From NCBI GenBank assembly GCA_030390025.1, contig CM059432.1, positions 151,902,001 to 151,966,000 of the forward strand: a stretch of DNA of 64,000 nt, given 5' to 3'. Positions 24,690-37,300 of the stretch are shown piece by piece. Made by a program: the position numbers and the translations under genes. Within the stretch, counting starts at the first letter, position 1; the number at the start of each line of letters is the position of its first letter. The DNA is from Squalus acanthias (lineage: Eukaryota). The notes beneath the pieces were generated by a model. It saw nothing but the letters and a program-made list of their open reading frames with translations, made no database searches and was not told where the DNA came from.

Positions 24690-25366
24690 TCGTGCTCATA
24701 CTAAATGAGGTTGGTGGTTATGGCATGCAACATGCCTTTATTTGGCTTTAGGTTTTCCTCCAGCTCCTGTATTTCCTTTTGACAGTGTGTATGATCTGTT
24801 GTGTCTCCAGTTGTTGTTTGAAGACCCCACTTAATGCACTGGTTAACTTCTCTGTCTTTCATTCCCACATTTTATTTAAACTCTCCTGCTCTTCTTGCTT
24901 GGCTTTACATGTTACTAGTTTTCTGAATTTCCTTGTATTTTCGGCTTAAAGATAATCTACTGACGTGGCTAAGGTTGTGCTTTCTTTGGTTTTTTGATCT
25001 AATTGCGTTTTCAAACTTTTGATGCAAATGATTTTGGTTTGGGTGTTTTGGTCTAATTGGGTTTTCAAACTTTTGATGCAATTACTATCTGCTAATTGTT
25101 TCTTTAGTTTTATAATTTACTGTCCTTGCCAGAGCACAACCACAACTTTCCAATTTTCCTTTTTTAAAATGCTTCTTTTTGGTTAGTGTTTTAACCAACT
25201 CCCCTGGCTGTTCTATGTTTTCTGTTTGCTTAATCAAGGGGATGCACGACCCAACAATTTTTCCACATATATGTGGGTTGTAGAACATAAATTCTCCGAT
25301 GCACACTTCATTCTCATTTCTTTTACTGGTGGGGCTGGCTACCGTCTGTAAATCAGTCACAACCAA
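24690..25366 (-). pseudogene. Disrupted coiled-coil ORF in the gag position of the ERV-like element
   Basis: Directly follows the PBS. Reads CIKSLKTQLDQ twice (54-bp in-frame duplication) and DHTHCQKEIQELEENLK. Confidence 0.5.
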
Positions 25367-25485
25367 AACATCCCCTTCTGATTTATGTTTGCTTACGGGG
25401 TTGACTACCGTTTATAACTCTGCAATCAAATACTCCCCGAATTTCTCAGCCAATCTATTAACACATTTTTAAACCTTTAACTCCG

Positions 25486-25503
25486 GCTCACCCAGGGACG
25501 CCA
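25486..25503 (-). promoter_or_regulatory. Primer-binding site complementary to the tRNA-Asn 3' end
   Basis: Minus strand TGGCGTCCCTGGGTGAGC, 2 nt after the LTR CA. It matches the vertebrate tRNA-Asn 3' end (GCCCACCCAGGGACGCCA) at 17 of 18 positions. Confidence 0.88.
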
Positions 25504-25505
25504 GA

Positions 25506-26171
25506 TGTTGGCGGATTTCCCATGGTTACGGTTGCAACAAAGGGTTGTTAGTCCTGCAACAATACCCTCCACGTGATTCAGGCCCGAGTGGTTTTAAACT
25601 ACAAGCTTTAATATACATTGACTAGTAACAGTATTGTTCTTATCCAACTGTTCTACCTGTTAAATGACCAGCAATTAATACAACCTGTTTCCTCCACGAA
25701 GTCCAAGCTGATCAGACTTGTAGACACTTTTGTGGATTACCGTTAAGGCAAAAGGACTTCCGACTGTCCATGAGAGCACGCTAACTTTGGGGGGGAGGGG
25801 GCTGGTCCTACGCCTATACTATTCGGCTACCTTGGGCTGCACATACTTATAACCATATCCCACCAAGCTGACACCATACTTGAGGTGTTTACACCATGTC
25901 CTAATCTTTTTGGCTTCAAACTCTGTCCCACAAGCTTTGTTTATTGTAATGTAATACGTAGGCTAATCTTTATCTACTTGTAGCCTTCAGGCCTTCATAG
26001 TTCTGACTGCCTTCGCGGTATACCGTGGTATGTGGTGACTTAGCACCTGCACCCCTTATCTCGGTGTCTGATTCTAATGGCTCAGCTCATTTTGTTCACA
26101 CAGAAACGAAAAGCTTCCCCTTTTCTTCACATTCGACTTGACCATTTAAACCACTTTAAAATATTCTAACA
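25506..26171 (-). repeat. 5' LTR (~666 bp)
   Basis: Minus-strand termini TGTTAG…CCAACA, TATAAG at 25846-25851, ATTAAA at 25607-25612, PBS adjacent. The outer boundary is inferred from the terminal inverted motif. Confidence 0.7.
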
Positions 26172-28012
26172 TTCATGATAATTGTTTCTGCTGCTTTTCA
26201 TATTGCTTCAACTGTTGTGATAAGCAACAGAAGTGAGACGATGTAGCATGAACAGTCCACCACAAGTTCAGGCCTAGGTGTCAGCTAAGATTGGTTGTTA
26301 CAATTGAGGAATTGTGCCCTCCAAGGTATTGCCACAGTGTATTTTAGACGTAGCACTGGCTGGTAGTGCACACTGTTCCGGTTTGGTGGCAGCTGATAAG
26401 TAGTTTCACACTGCCACAGTAACTGCTGCTTTTCTTTCATATATTGTATGTAGTTGCCTTTAGCATTCTTAGCTGGTGTCCAGACGAAGATTTCTGAACG
26501 TAAAAATAGGGATGTTTCTTAACTCCTTCTAAATGTGCTAGGGCTGATTAACGGAGGAGCCCTCGGCATCCGCAGCATTTAGTTGGTGTGAGATTCTTTG
26601 CTCCATTGAGCTTGAGCACAACTCTAGCGCCGCCTTCCTCAGTCCTGGAGATTGGTCCAGATTCCAAAGATTCTCACTTTGACTCGGTTTATAGTGTCCT
26701 GCATTTTGACTTTGTTTCTGATGGAACTAACACTTAGTGAGTCCAAGCCCCTCCATATTTCTGAACATTGCAAGTCACCGATGCTATTTGGACACTTGCA
26801 AGTATTGTTGAGATGCAACTTCAGACAGCCAAAATGAACCTTTCTGCTCAGACATTTGCTCCTTTGTAAGCGTAGCCAATAGCCTGAAGGTCATTTTGAC
26901 TTTAGCTGTCAAAGGAATCCATGTTGATATTGACCTGGAATTCTTGTATGGAATCACCACAAGGGAAGTGTGGCAGGATGCAGTTGAATGATTTGAAATG
27001 ATGAACTGCTTGCATCTGGTCCATTGAGCTTTATTGCAAGATACTTACAGCTGAGGAAGACCATTCGCCTAATCCTATTTCATCCATTCATTCCTCCCAT
27101 TGCTGCATCTAATTCTTTCGTACATAATTCCAGGGTTTGGACCTCCACCATTCTACCTTGAAGGAACTTCTTGATATCAGAGCCCCTGTACCAGTAGCCA
27201 ATTGAGCATGGTGTACTAAATGCAACGGAAGTACAATTAAGAAATCTGTTGTCTTGACAACTAAAAACAAGGGGTTGTAGAGTTATTCTACAGGATGCTG
27301 TATAAATGAGGATAGCCTGCCATATAGTTACTGGAAAGGTTTCTCTCACCAAACAAAATCACAGATCTTGTATTATCAGGATTACCCAGACAAAAGAATC
27401 TCCCTGCTTTTTGTGGAGGACCTTGTGTTGCAGTGGATGGAGGATCGAATATTGCAGTGGACATCCTGGACCTAGGACTGTGGTCTACTTCTTATAGCAT
27501 TGTCATTGACCGGCATGATTAGTTATGCATTGCTACTCTCCCAGCGAAACGCAGACCAAACTGCTAGAGTTGCTTTTTGGCCAGGTTGAGATACCACTAA
27601 AGGGAGTTATAAATGCTGTCAACTAAGCCTCGGTTCTAACCAATGGGCAGTTACTGACTATGCACTGGGCTTCTGGAGGCCTAGACAAGGCCTCTACCAG
27701 TAGCCCTTCTTCTGGAACAGCAAGCTTCAATACCAAGAATGCAGGTATCCTTGGTGTTGCCCCACCCTCTTGATTGGCTTTCCTGAATTCCATCAAAGAA
27801 GTAGGTGGAAGCAATATTTATTTTGCAGCCTGTCACATCCAAGATGGCATCAGCAGAATTCCTGCAGATTTTGTTTTTGCTTAAAACAACTCAATTTGGT
27901 AGAATTCTAAAGCAAAAATTAAATTTCCCTTTACACATCCATCTGTGGGTCGAGAAAATCCTGTATATTTCAGGTTGAAATTTAGAGAAGGTATTCGCTC
28001 TTCTACTTTTAG

Positions 28013-28800
28013 CTGATATGTTAACAGTTCTCTCTCCTCGGGTACTGTCCCCATTTCCTTCAAATCTGCCATCATCACCCCTCTCCTCAATAAACCAACC
28101 CTTGACTCCTCCGTCCTTGTAAACTACCGCCTCAACTCCAACCTCACAATCCTCTCCAAGTCCTTGAATGTGTTGTCACCTCCCAAATCCGTGCCCATTT
28201 TCCCCAGAACTCCATGTTTGAATCCCTCCAATCAGATTTCTGCCCCTGCCACAGTACCGAAATGGCTCTTACCAAGTCACAAATGACATCCTATGTGACT
28301 GACAAAGGTAAACTATCCCTCCTCGTCCTTCTCGACCCGTCTGCAGCCTTTGACACGTTTGACCACACCATACTACTCCACCGTCGTCCAGCTGAGTGGG
28401 ACTGACTGACATTGGCTCCCAGTTAAGCAACGCCTCGATTTAAAAATTTTCATCGTTGTTTTCAAATCCCTCTATGGTCTTGCCCCTTCTTATCTCTGTA
28501 ACCTCCTCTAGCCCCACAACCCTCAGAGATATCTGCGCTCCTCTAATTCTGTCATTTTGAACTTCTCCGATTTCAATCGCTCCACACTTGGTGGCTGTGG
28601 CTTCAGCTGCCCAGGCCCTAAGCTCTGGAATTCCCTCCCTAATCCTCTCCACCTCCGACCTCTCTTTCCTCTTTTAAGACACTCCTTAAAACCTACCTGT
28701 CCTAATAACTCATTGTGTGGCTCGGTGTCAAATTTTGTTTTATAACGCTCCTGTGAAGGACCTTGTACTGCGTTAAAGGTGCTATATAAATACTAGATGT
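28013..28800 (+). mobile_element. L2-type LINE fragment (RT pieces + 3' end)
   Basis: QSDF..CHSTEMAL, LLDPSAAFDTFDH and GPKLWNSLP, then the GCTATATAAAT tail. Confidence 0.8.
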
Positions 28801-29006
28801 TGTTCCATATTCATTACACTTCCACTAATGGATAGGAAGTAGCTGCCTTTTTTAAGGGCTGCGTTTGCTGACCACGACGTTTCACTTAGTGAAACCGTAC
28901 TGACAACGCAGAGAAGTGGGAGCTGTAATTGGACACCACTCCTCCAACACAATGCTTGGAATGTGCAATTTAATCCAGTCAGGCTGTACTGCATTGAAGT
29001 GCATTA

Positions 29007-29431
29007 CAGGAAACTTTCGTTTATCCGGCATCGACGGGACCGGCGTGGTGCCGGTTTATCGAAAGTACCGGATAACAGAGAGTTATATCTACCGAGGCTA
29101 TTTTTAACAAAGAGACTCCAAGCAGCACGGGAGAATCTACTCATGCTACTGCAATGTTTCGGACTTGCGACAGCGCCAGGAGGCCGAGTAGTGGCACTTT
29201 TGAAAAGTACCCCTACTGACTAAATCGGCGTTCGCGGACTCGGACTCCGACTCGGGATCGGCAACATTGCCGGTTATTTGAGAGGATTTTTCGGAGCACT
29301 CGGCGTTCGCGGAGACTCAACTGTGACTCGGCAACATTGCCGGTTATTTGAGAGGAGTTTTCGGAGGATGATTTTTGCCGGTTAAGCGAGAATTCCGGAT
29401 ATTTGGGTGCCGGATAAACGAAAGTTTCCTG
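29007..29431. mobile_element. Tc1/mariner (pogo/Tigger-like) MITE
   Basis: Perfect 24-bp TIRs CAGGAAACTTTCGTTTATCCGGCA, TA on both sides, CpG-rich interior. Confidence 0.9.
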
Positions 29432-32400
29432 TACATTGCTGAGTTCAGACAATTGCACACGGGAGTTGGAGTGTGCTTTGAGCAGTAGACTGTTCACTTT
29501 AATCACCATAACTTCTGATGTAAAGACCCGGACTTTCCGTACAAAAACCACCCATTTCTGGGTGGGTTAGAGGTGGACTGTCAAGTGAAATGGGGCCGGG
29601 CCCGTCAGCCAAAACTCCGCACCAGAACTGGCCACCTCGATTTCTGCCATGATGACCCCACTGTGGCCCTGATCATTCTGCTGGCAGTGCGCCTACTGGA
29701 ATCAAATGTAGGAGAGGAAGGCTGGTTAAATGAAAGCACATAAAAGTACGATTCTGCAACATGGTTTTGACTGGGTGTCACGTCCACTACAGTGAAACTG
29801 CAGCTTCTGAGCAGTCAAGGCTACTTTGTGAGATTCACATCTATGGAAGCAGCAACTGTTGCTACTGCAGAAGTGGCAATAGCTATTATACCCTCCTCCT
29901 GATGACTGGAGGCTGCATTGATCTCCTGAACTGCTACAATCAACAGGCTCTTCCTCACTTCATGTCCTACCTCCCACATTGCATTGCAGATATGGGTTCT
30001 GGATTCCTCCAGTGGTTCCTTCGTCAGCACCAGATGAGAAGAGACTGTCTCTACTGCCTGCACATGATATCAATGTTCCTGAATCATTGATCTTTAACAG
30101 CCTGGGCACCTGAGATCATGGTCTTGAAATCCTCAGCTGAAGCCTGTTGTTTATGTCACCTCTGGGGAGAGACAGCTGTCACCTCAATGTTGCCCACTTC
30201 CTGCTCACTGCTGCTCTGTGATCCACCCACTAATATCCACTCTGTGTCAGTAATACCACCTCCCTGAGTGGGTGTATCTGAGCTGTTGCTTGAGTCAATA
30301 AGTTGCCATTACGGAATCAGTGGATCAGATGCAGGAAGATTCCTCTGGAGGCACCAGTCTGGTCCTATGCTTCTTTCTCTATGCATTCAGCATCTTTGCA
30401 AGATGCAAACAACGACCAACTGACTTGTGCATTATGAGATGTGACTAAGCAATTGTAGCAGGCCTTTACCGTCATCAAAATATCAGCTGACATCAAAAAC
30501 TCACAGCTCTGTAAACACTATCCCATTGACCACTCTTCTCCATCAGCCACAGGTACCCGGTGTAACTGTCCAAAAGTTGCAGATCTTGCTTCCTCCTTTG
30601 TGCGCTGAGGTGCCTGATGCCATTCTGCCACCCTTTAAAGTCTTTCCAGCATGAAGTGGCTAATTGTGGGGTGGTGGAGTTACTGCTGTCCCACTCCAGG
30701 TACCACCTCCATCCAGACTGCCTCCTCGTCCTTTACCTGGGGCATAACTTCCTGGGTACCAAGGAGTCTTTACCTTCTGAGCCCAATCTCTGCCAGGAAA
30801 TTTCTCTTATCAGTGATCAAGTGCGACTACAACTTCCACTCTCTCAGTTTCCCTTCTTACTGAACCTTGCTCCTGTGGATACTGCAGCCTTTCTACAGCT
30901 GCAGCCTACCCTGATTTCCCTCCTCCCCAGCAGTGGTGACAGTCAGAGATGGATTTCTCACTGGAATTCTCAGTGAGTCCTTTCAGAAGATGCAACCAGC
31001 TGCTGGTGCAATTGCGTGGGCAGGCACAAGTCGCAACCTGCCATTCAGCAATTCCCCCAATTATGACCCAAGTTGACATTTTGCCCTGACTGACAAAGCA
31101 CCCATCAGTGATGCTGCACCGAAAGACCAAGCACCCAAACTGACACCTCCAGCAGACAAGATACCCAAATTATCAATTCATCAAAGGCCCGACAAGCTCC
31201 GAAGATCTAGCCAACTGCCTGTGCTGGCTCTTGACCAGGGAAGTACTGACCCAGCTCCCCAAATGGACATCTGAAGTTCAACCAGCGCTGCAAACTCTCA
31301 AATTGAATCAAACTATTCCAAAGCGAAATGCCGACCTAAGTTTGACCCCGCACACCAAGGAGGCAAAGCGCTGCAGGCTGGCAAAACATTAATCGCCATT
31401 CCAAGCAATTACAACTTGCTGTTCCAGCACCACTCTAAACTAACTAGTCCCGCAAAACTTAGAAGCTATTCCACAACACCGATACCTGTAGTGTGGCCCA
31501 CCAGTCAAGTTGACTTGAGTACACCAAAGCTCTGGAGTTAGACAAGGCGCCCTGCGACAGAACTCAATACATGACATAAGAGGGCTGATGTTATGGCTTT
31601 AACAAAATGGCCTACAATAGCAGCAGTCACAGCAAGATGCTCAAAGTGCGGGAGCCAGTTGGAAAATCTCATGTGGGCCACCCACACCTGGTTATGCCTA
31701 CATGTGGCTCTAGTCTCACTCAATGTGGTTGACTTGTCATGCCTTCTGGACTGGACTAGCAAACCATCAGCTGTAAACCTCTCTCTCTCCTCCACCTTTG
31801 ATGCCCTCGTCCACACTAAAAATTTCCCCTCTACCATTCTGCTCTTTCACTCCGACATGACTCCAATCTTCACTCCTTCAAGCCCAAGGGCACAGACCTC
31901 GGTGTATCCATCACTGTATCGGGTTGGACCACATCAAGCGCCATCAGGCCTCACCCTCCTATGCCAAGACCATCCATTGCGCCAGGATCATCTTGGAGAG
32001 CAAAGATAGCCCCCTGTTTCTTTACTCCACTACTAACCATTTCCTTAAACACCACCTCCTCACCTCCAACAAGTTGGGATGTACTCACTGTGGGCATGGT
32101 GCACTATCGCCCCTCATCCTCTTTGACCTCGTGGCCCACACTCTTGATTCACCGTCATACCAGGGGACTAAGCCTGGTGCAATGCGTGGTGTGGAAAGGC
32201 ATCTCGGGAGCAGCAGCAGGTCGTGTGCCTTTCGAGAAAGGTGGCGGACAACGTGGCAGCTGACAAGAGGAAGAGGCTCCATGAGCCTTCAACATCCTGA
32301 AACGGGATGGAGCCATGCATTGGGGTACATGCATGCCAGCATCTTTAGCCAGAGCTGCTGAGTGCATGATCCTGCTCGGCCTCCTTCCAAGGTCCCCACC

Positions 32401-33324
32401 ATCTCAGGTGCTAGGGTCCAGTCTATGTGGTTCAATACATATGACATTGCAAAGCGGCTCAGTGCACTGGGCGGAGCAAAGGCCATGGGCTGTGAGGGCA
32501 TCTCAGCTGAGGTGCAGCAGACTCGTGCACCAGAGCCTGCCGCTCTCCAAGCCAAGCTACTCTAGTGCAAGTATGACAATGGCATCTACCTGTTAATGTG
32601 GACGGTCACCCAGCAAACCAGGATTGTTCTAAACCCCGACCACATACTGCCCTGTCAACCTTCTCCCAATCATCAGTAGAGGAATCAGCAATAGTGTCAT
32701 CAAGCAACATCTGTACACAGCTGCCAGGCCAACTCAGCAATTGACTCATGGCCCGCCCCTTTATATATAAGACCCTATGCACAGGCACTGCAAGTTCACA
32801 TGGGGTTCTGCGGCTGTTTCTCTTCAAAGTGCTCTTGCCTCCCCTCACCTTCGACTTGGAGCACAGACTCTAAATTCCCCCGCACCCAGCTCAAGCCCTA
32901 CTTTTTCTGCTCGTTGATAAGACGACTGCCAGTGCACGTTGTGATCTGACCTGAGCAGGTAGAGGACAAGCATGTGAGAGTAGCAGTGAGTAAAGTAGCA
33001 GGTAAGTAGTAGAGACGGGTGCCGTTAAAATCATGCGGCGTGATTAGCAACACTATGCAGCCACTTCGAATTTTCGAACCTTTGGTGACGCCACTGACCA
33101 CGCATACGTGAACGGATCAGATCCTCTCATGACATCACTTTCTCACTCCCGAAGTTCAACCTCTCGGGAGCCCTGTGCCTTGCTGCCTGAAGGTGGTGCT
33201 TGAAATGAATCTGTTGCTCAGTGAAGGAGCGATGGTGTCCGTGCTTTTCTTACTAACACTAGAATAGCTGCTTTTGGTTAGTTGTGTGTTTGCAATTCGT
33301 AGTGCTATTGAATGATAATCTTAG

Positions 33325-33850
33325 TTGCATCATTGTTTTCTAGTAGTTGCATGAGCTGGTGCTGTGCTCCATGTGGTTTCACACTTTTCCGAGCTACACT
33401 AGCCAGCACGAGTATAGTATGTAATGCTATATGCCACGTGCTGCATGTTGAGTTCAGTACATTTGATGTGCTTCATGTGACGCCCTTATTTGGTGCCCTT
33501 TGTCTAGCGAGTGCCTAGAGCTTTGCTCCATGTGCTCCCCCCTCCTCCATGTTCACCAGACAAAGGAGGAAAACTTTAGACACTCACTAGACAAGGGGCA
33601 CCAAACAAATGACACAGAGGGCTTCACATGGAGCACATCAAATGCGCTGGACTCAACATGTGGCAAACTAAACTCTTAGACTTTCACACAGTGATTCGCG
33701 AACTTTCATAGAGTAAAACCCTGAAGGATTCCCCAAGATTAATTTGGCATCACATACTATACTCGCATAGGCTAGTGCAGCCAGGAAAAGTGTGCAGCCA
33801 CATGGAGCACAGCACCAGTCTCATGTAGCTACGAGGAACCAATGAGTCAC
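33325..33850. repeat. Degenerate foldback / palindromic element
   Basis: Left CTGGTGCTGTGCTCCATGTGG…CATTTGATGTGCT…TTTGGTGCCC pairs with right GGGCACCAAA…AGCACATCAAATG…CCACATGGAGCACAGCACCAG. Confidence 0.75.
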
Positions 33851-33896
33851 GACTGTGATTAAAGCTGTCATGCCTGCCACTACTACAATTCACTAC

Positions 33897-34361
33897 TAGA
33901 ATCATAGAATGGTTACAGCACAAAAGGAGGCCGTTTGGCCCGTTGAGCCTGTGCCGGCTCTCTGCAAGAGCACTTCAGCTAGTCCCACTCACCCGTCCTT
34001 TCCCCGTAGCCCTGCAAATTTGTTTCCTTCAGGTACTTATCCAATTCCCTTTTGAAAGCCATGATTGAATCTGCCTCCACAACCCTCTCAGGCAGTGCAT
34101 TCCAGATCCTAACCACTCGCTGCGTAAAAAAAAGTTTTTCCTCATGTCGCCTTTGGTTCTTCTGCCAATCACCTTAAATCTGTGTCCTCTGGTTCTCGAC
34201 CCTTCCGCCAATGGGAACAGTTTCTCTCTACCTACTCTGTCCAGACCCCTCATGATTTTGAACACCTCTATCAAATCTCCTCTCAATCTTCTCTGCTCTA
34301 AGGAGAACAACCCCAGCTTCTCCAGTCTATCCACGTAACTGAAGTCCCTCATCCCTGGAAT
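33897..34361 (-). mobile_element. CR1 3' end
   Basis: RDFSYVDRLEKLGLFSLEQRRLRGDLIEVFKI plus a 3' UTR with a TTCTATGATTCTA tail. Confidence 0.88.
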
Positions 34362-37300
34362 TAAGAGTAATACCCCTACAATTATACAACGAATGCACTA
34401 AAATTTTACAACTGAAGTAGTTAATCAGACACTCAATTGTACCACTGTGAATTGCAAGCAAACTCACCAAAAGTGGCTATTTTTGGTGTTTGTGACAGAT
34501 CCTTGCAAAGAAAATCACAAAGACCCCAGAGGTACTGAGCTCCTGCAAGTTCAAACTTTGCGGGAGGAAGTGACATCATCTGAGGCCCCATTAAACTAAG
34601 TAGCTGCACGGTGTCACTATACATTCTCTATTTTAAGAGTGAGGGGAAATTACCTGCAACACTTCCCTGCTCTCTAACAGTATTTCTGAGCAGGTTTTCA
34701 TTTTTTAGTTGGTAGTAGAGCTTGATTTGTTGTTTTCCACACCAGTGAGTAGGTTAATTGCTATTAACAACTATGTATCCATTCCTTCAGTCCCTGGATG
34801 TGTAAAAGGTAAATGTCATTCATGATTTTTACTTTACCAAATTTAAGTTGTTTAAAGTTAGAATAAAATTCTGTGGCTTTTCTGCTAATGCCATCTTGGA
34901 TTGCAGGTTACTCAATTCTACTTCAGTCAAACTTAAACATGCATCCATTAGTCAAAGTTGTTTTGAACCGAAGATACCGCTTTGTTGCCTTTCGTTAAGT
35001 AGCTTTTTTCATTTGTGAAGCCTTTTTAATGATGCTCCATAAAGATTCAGTGTGATTGACTCAATTGTTGGAATAGGATCCAGGACACCAAAGAAAGAAA
35101 GCTTGCATTAATTTAGTGCCCTTCAGGATCTCCCAATGTTCTTAACAGATCATGAATTACTTTTGAAATGTAATAATCTTCAAGCTCGGTGTACAGACAC
35201 CTCAAAATCCAGCTCAGTCATTCTGATTAAAGATACCACCTTCACTTGCAGATGCCAACTTACCTGTAATTTATTTGTAACAGTTTTATTTTTATGTCCA
35301 ATTTCCAATATTCAGTTATTTTTATCTCCTGTCGGGGTGTACTCAGCTGCTTGTTGCTTGATTTGTTTTTTCTCAGGAATTTCTTCTCCTTTGCTTCGTG
35401 AAAGATTATACTTGTGCTAAATTTATCACCCTTCATTTTACTGTAATTTAAAGATTCTTATGTGAGAAACTGCACTCTTGGCACTGCTGGTCGAGCAGAT
35501 TTACTTGATATGGCATGATAAGTGTGTGGTCTTGAAAGATTTGTTTTCTCCCTAAGGTGGTATCAGAATTTAATTTGCAACAGGAAATTACTGCCCCTTT
35601 CTGTGTACCTTTGTATTAGCCTTAGTTGGAACTCATTAGATGAACATTAAACATTCCTGGTCTTCATTTGTGGAACTAAGTCTCTCAGACCTGACAATTT
35701 GTATCTTTTGGAACATCTGCTATTTCCAAATAAAAATGGAAGAAATGAATGTTGAAAGCATTTTGAACTGTTGCATCATCGAAGCAGGAATCATTCCACC
35801 AGATCCACTGCTACGTCTTGTGCCAATCTAAAGAAGGTCCTTTTTGATGTCTGGAAGTTTGCTACTTGACTCACTTCTATCAATCATTATTGTCTATACC
35901 TTGCAGCAAGAATTTATTCCAAGTTAGGAACATTTCCTTGATGTATTTCCTTATGGTATGTTGAACCAGTGGAAATAAAGAAGGAAGATAAATTGGCTGC
36001 TTGGTTGGATGTCTTAATTGTTCTAATAGAAGCATCTCCTGTAACTTGTATCTCTCCCAGTAAGCCTTTGTGTACAGTTGTGGATCATGAGTTTATAGTT
36101 TGGTGGCTGTATTCATGTTTATGGTTCAAAAGTTTTGTACACGGCCTCCTGTGATCAAAATTATTGTGTTGTATTGGAAGAGATCACATGGCATGTTATC
36201 AAAAAAAACCTTTGTGCTGAGGATATCATTCCCTTTCCTATCCTTCTCCAATTCGCTGAGTACAGGTATGTGGAAAATGCTTATATTTTAAGGATGAATT
36301 CACCTTGTCAGTTAAACAGTCTTGCTGTTTTCCCTCTCTTTCCTCTTCCCCCACCCCACCCCCCAAAAAAAGCTCAGTACATGAATTTTAACCACAGTCT
36401 GTTGAAGGTTTTCTAACAGATTTGGGATTCGTTATCACATTGGAAATACCTGACTTAGCTTGGTAGAGAATAGGTGAATAAAGAGCTCACTTTTTTAAAA
36501 GGTAAAGTGGGTAATAGCACTGTGATTTCACTAGCAGTCTGCCAGATGTGTTTGACAGAGCTGGGGTTCAAGTTTCTTCAAACTTTATCTGGACCTTATT
36601 CTTTTGGTCGACTGAGTTTATGTAAGTAGATAAAATATAGGTACTGAATTCCACGGCAGTAGCATACATTGGCTGTGCAGTGTTCTGTGCTATTGAGTAT
36701 TGGGTCATGGGCAAACACTTACAGTCTCAGTAAATATTCAGTATCAGCAATGCCTTCAGGGGCATGTATTGGTGGTTCGCTTAGAAAGGATGGTGAAAAA
36801 TTGAGGACCATTAAATTGAAGGATTTGGAATTCTTTTAAGATTCAGGAAATCATGAAAATGCTGAAAGTTTTATGCTATGAACTTAATGCAGTGACTTAT
36901 GCATTCTAAAACAAACCATGCAATGCTGTTACTGCTGTAGTTTCTTAACAGTCTATTTTCATGGTTTATGGTGTGTACTACTTTATATTTAATATTGTCC
37001 TTCCTTTTTCTGATAGATTTACTTTTCTTTCTGCAGTGTCCAAGATTTGTGTGTCTTTTAAACTATATCTCATGCTCTCCCTGTTGATCAATAACTAAAA
37101 TTGCTTTAAGCGCAACCCAAGTATTTGGATCACCAGTAACAGAATATTGGATTGGTTCTGTGTTACTGCTGTTATTCTGCTAGTGACGATACCTTAAGAC
37201 ATTTGTGCAGTTGTTCCATCAGCTGTCGGCCTTTGCAAATTTACGAAATAAACCCACACAGTCAGCGGTGTGATTTCATTTTCACCTTGCTGTTAAGATG

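Larger units (their letters stand above)
20442..26171 (-). mobile_element. Degraded endogenous retrovirus-like LTR element, antisense to CLASP2
   Basis: 5' LTR 25506-26171 (TG…CA), tRNA-Asn PBS, coiled-coil gag-region remnant, RNase H/integrase remnants, and a 44-nt copy of the LTR end at 20442-20485. Confidence 0.8.

Noticed and set aside
29580..31100. Possible decayed Harbinger Myb/SANT-like gene on the minus strand
   Set aside because: Only a faint W-x-E-V motif, with no clear TIRs or TSD. It is too degraded to support.
37037..37048. Possible 12-nt microexon (ctgcAG|TGTCCAAGATTT|GTgtgt)
   Set aside because: Good acceptor but weak donor, and I know of no matching CLASP peptide. It needs junction reads.
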